Assembly: GCF_018977255.1 (NCBI RefSeq) | Contig: NW_024704742.1 | Location: forward strand, 137,640,001 to 137,704,000 | Direction: 5' to 3' | Source of the DNA: Callorhinchus milii | Taxonomy: Eukaryota | Length of the DNA stretch: 64,000 nucleotides | In this document: positions 61,101 through 64,000 of the stretch, one piece after another | Numbering within the stretch: position 1 is the first letter of the stretch | Layout of the letters: the number at the start of each line of letters is the position of its first letter | Notes under the pieces: generated by a model | The model's input: the letters and a program-made list of their open reading frames with translations, nothing else | What the model was told of the DNA's origin: nothing | Databases searched by the model: none | Translations under genes and position numbers: made by a program

Positions 61101-63418
61101 TCATGTGAGGGGCCTCGGCAAATAGACAACCCCACAGTGAGGCCGCCTCAGCCTCCAGGTGCTCAGTGACAGGTCAGTGTACAGCACAGCCCTCCCTCCC
61201 TGCAGCCGCTCACTCACTGTCACCTGTCAGCTCCCTGCTACACACCGTCCATCACAGGGACCACTGGCTCTCTATTGCCCGTCCTGGGACGGGACACTTC
61301 CCACTGACTCCGGCCCCAGTGAGGAACGTCACGTCTCATTCCCACTTCCCATCGTTCCTCACCTGTAACAATCAGACGTGTTCTGGGCCCAGTTTGAAAC
61401 ATTCCATCCTCACCCTGGAGCTCCACACGACAGGACCACAGCTTATTATTGTCCTCTCCCCTCAGTTGGTTTATCTTTATTGTGGCGTCGTTGTTTCTCG
61501 GGTTCCCAATCACTCGGTGTCGCTCTCCCTCGTTTACATCAATGACATTTTGATACTTTCCCTGTGAATCCGGCCTATAATTTGTATAATTAAAATTCAC
61601 AGGACCAGTCCAGCCTTCCTTCCACGTGATGGTGATGTTCCCTGTGTATCTGGGGTGAGGGTGAGTGAACTTGCAGTACACGGTGACTCGTGACCCTAAC
61701 CTGCCGGTCACTGTATTGGGGGTCTCCATCGTCCAGTTATTCTTACTGAGCCCTGTGAGGACACACATGGTGTAATGTGAACCATAATAATATTAATACT
61801 TGCATTTAATGTAGCGCTTTTCACGTCTTCTCGACGTCTCAAAGCGCTTCACAGAATGGGCTGTAAAGTGAATTGACCGTATATTCATGGGCGAAACGTT
61901 ATTTGTGGGCGAAAAATAATATAAAAGCAAACAGGTAACACTGAGCTTGTACAATTGCTTGGTTAGGTCACAGCTGAGAAAGTAATGTGGATAGTATTGG
62001 GATCCGCACTGTAAGAAGGTGATGGAAAAGGTGCAATTTAGATTTACTGTGATGTCCCCAGGGATTTAGGGGTTTGAGTTACTAAAAGAGATTTGAGAGG
62101 ATTTGGCTTTTTTTATGAAGCTGAGAAGGTTAGGAGTGACCTGATAGAGGTCACAAAAAGTCAAAGAGTCACAACAATAGATTTTTCCTCTCATCAGCCG
62201 GTCAGCCACAAGAGGAATAAATCTAAAAACATCATTAAAAAAAAGGAAATTAGGAGGAGATTAGAAAGATTCTCTCTACACAGAGACGATGGGATTGTGG
62301 AATCAGCTGCCACAAACGGAGTTGAGGCAAAGTCTGTCAATAATAATAATAATCCTTGCATTTGATATAGCACCTTATCACGTCTTCGAGACGTCTCAAA
62401 GCACTTCACAGAATATACTGTAAAGTGAATTGACTGCATATTTTGTTGGCAAAACTCAGCAGCCTATTGTGCCCAGCAGTGATTCACAAACTGTCGGGGA
62501 TTGAGTGACCAATTACTTATTACTCACGGAAAAGTGATCTGCCAATCAACTAACAAGCGGGTTCCTACTTACTGCGAGATAAACAGAGCGGTGTGGAGCA
62601 AGGCAACTTGCACAACCTTTCACACTATCCGGAGTGCTCAAACCACTGAGCTACAGGAACCCACAGGCAAGTCTACCAAAGGCAATTGGATTGATGTTTG
62701 AAGAGGAGAAATATTAAACGGTTTGGGGGTGGGACATAGAGTGATCGGGACAAAAGGTGTGACTGAGCAGCTTGTGAAAAATATAACACTTTTTAAAATG
62801 GAATGAACGGGCGGATGGGCTAGTTTGTGCTATAAGAATACCGTAATTTTAACTGTCAGAAACTGGATGAGAATAAAGAGCTGCAGTGAGAACTAGCGCC
62901 AGCACAGACACTTTGTTTGCGGTCAGCCGGGTGTCTGATAACAGAGGAAACTCATCACTGCGCTGAAGAGTCTTCAAACCAAACTACTCAGAATTCCACC
63001 TATATCTGGAAATGTCTGTGTGTCTGGAATGAGATGTGCACTTTGTCCCCAGAGGGACGTATCCTGCTCACCTCATCACAGACAGTATTCTGCGCAGGAT
63101 GGGAAGATCACCGATTCAACAACAAATTGTATAGCACCTTTCATGTCGGGAGGACATCAAGAGAGGGGTGAGGGGAAGGGACTGTGGGATGGAGTTCCAA
63201 AGGGTGAGGCAAACACTTACACTGTGGGGCTCAGTGAGTAACACAGTTCTGTTCAGTTTAGAGACGGGAATCTTATTTGCAGGAGATATCACATGACTGT
63301 AATTATTCCAGTAAAAGGTAAAGCAGTAATTAAAGCCAGTCAGGTTTCTGATTGGAAAGTACGTACGGAAGGCAGAGGCTGACAGGACCAGGGTACAGAG
63401 CACAGCTCCCAGCATCAT
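49136..63418 (-). CDS. SIGLEC15-like: Gene C: Siglec-15-like inhibitory-type receptor with long repeat stalk, 607 aa, 9 coding exons
   Basis: Exons sum to 1824 nt, phases consistent, paralogous to B in inverted orientation. Confidence 0.82.
49826..49861 (-). CDS. Gene C cytoplasmic exon 4 ([12 protein letters not shown])
   Basis: 36 bp; in-frame 3-nt indel versus B. Confidence 0.8.
50884..50943 (-). CDS. Gene C cytoplasmic exon 3, ITIM VIYSVV
   Basis: 60 bp, splice sites conserved. Confidence 0.8.
52113..52174 (-). CDS. Gene C cytoplasmic exon 2 ([21 protein letters not shown])
   Basis: 62 bp, phase 2-1. Confidence 0.75.
52430..55090 (+). mobile_element. Long degenerate L2 ORF2 (APE to RT to 3' tail)
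   Basis: [38 protein letters not shown]. Confidence 0.85.
55888..55924 (-). CDS. Gene C cytoplasmic exon 1 ([12 protein letters not shown])
   Basis: 37 bp, phase 1-2. Confidence 0.75.
56112..56919. repeat. 72-bp intronic minisatellite, 11 full units plus a partial
   Basis: gtctgtgctggt recurs every 72-73 bp. Confidence 0.93.
57343..58092 (-). CDS. Gene C C2, 21x DGDRQS stalk and uncharged TM exon
   Basis: 750 bp open frame, phase 1-1. Confidence 0.85.
57431..57808 (-). repeat. Coding 18-bp VNTR (gatggggacagacagagc) x21
   Basis: 378 bp; exon is 130 codons longer than B's (126 repeat plus 4 indel). Confidence 0.93.
58400..59285 (+). mobile_element. L2 fragments in gene C intron 3
   Basis: [18 protein letters not shown]; MYADDTQL. 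Confidence 0.8.
59392..59775 (-). CDS. Gene C V2 exon
   Basis: 384 bp, phase 1-1. Confidence 0.9.
61363..61752 (-). CDS. Gene C V1 exon (Arg codon 61427-61429)
   Basis: 390 bp, WSCRVE. Confidence 0.9.
63367..63418 (-). CDS. Gene C signal-peptide exon
   Basis: Same peptide as A and B; c|GTACGT donor. Confidence 0.85.
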
Positions 63419-64000
63419 CGTCCCTCACTCAGGACACACTCCTTCCCCGCGCACGTCTGCCTCGCACTGGCACAGATGGTCACCCTTCTCTTTCCTTCCT
63501 CCTCTCGTTCTGTGGTCACCACCAGAGCTCCACCCCACACATCCGCTTTGTTCTGATGCTCCGTCATGTTTCTCCCCAACACTAACCCGCCCTCACCCCC
63601 TGTCACAGTAACTGGGTGACTTTTAATCCTCTATTACATTTCACACCCTTTTTATATTCGCAGCGTTTACATGGGAACACAAGAATTTGCTGGCGAAGAC
63701 AAAGGTCCATCTTGTTTGCCTTCCACCATCCTGGCAGTCGCTTGACGTGTCATGTCCCAGTGTAGCCCAAGATATTATTTTTCTAGCAGAAGTCTAATTT
63801 GTTCTTGAAACAGACAAACCTCTTTGTTTCCAACTGTGTTAACTGTTTTTGTGAACCATTAATCTGGTTGATCGTCGCGCAGGAAGCCGGGAGGAACTCG
63901 CTTCTCTTTTCCATCAGTGTCGAGGGATCTTTAATGTCAGGCAAACAGGTCCTTGGTTTAACGTCTCATCTGAAGGACGGCAACTCTGACGATGTACAGC

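Overview
Repeat-rich vertebrate genomic DNA, most likely from a cartilaginous fish (inferred from HE1/HER1-type CR1 tails and Deu-domain/tRNA-derived SINEs with L2 tails). The window holds a tandem and inverted cluster of Siglec-15-like Ig-superfamily receptor genes, which I reconstructed by hand from GT-AG sites and exon phases. It contains the last exon of an upstream gene Z, gene A (+, 9548-18848), gene B (+, 23700-39569) and gene C (-, 63418-49136). All share a leader-V1-V2-C2-TM plan, and V1 keeps the Siglec sialic-acid-binding Arg (CRVE). Gene A, and apparently Z, look activating: A has a Lys in the TM and both end in a 16-aa Tyr-free tail. B and C look inhibitory: a neutral TM and five small cytoplasmic exons with two ITIMs (VIYSVV, VIYAVV) and a YxN motif. 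The cluster therefore looks like a paired-receptor system built on a Siglec-15 scaffold. Gene A carries three tandem V1 exons, apparently made by recombination between flanking SINEs. Gene C has a 21x hexapeptide stalk from a coding 18-bp VNTR. The rest is degenerate or young L2 and CR1 LINE fragments, SINEs, and mini/microsatellites. Family names come from recalled motifs, not database searches. Repeat boundaries are approximate.
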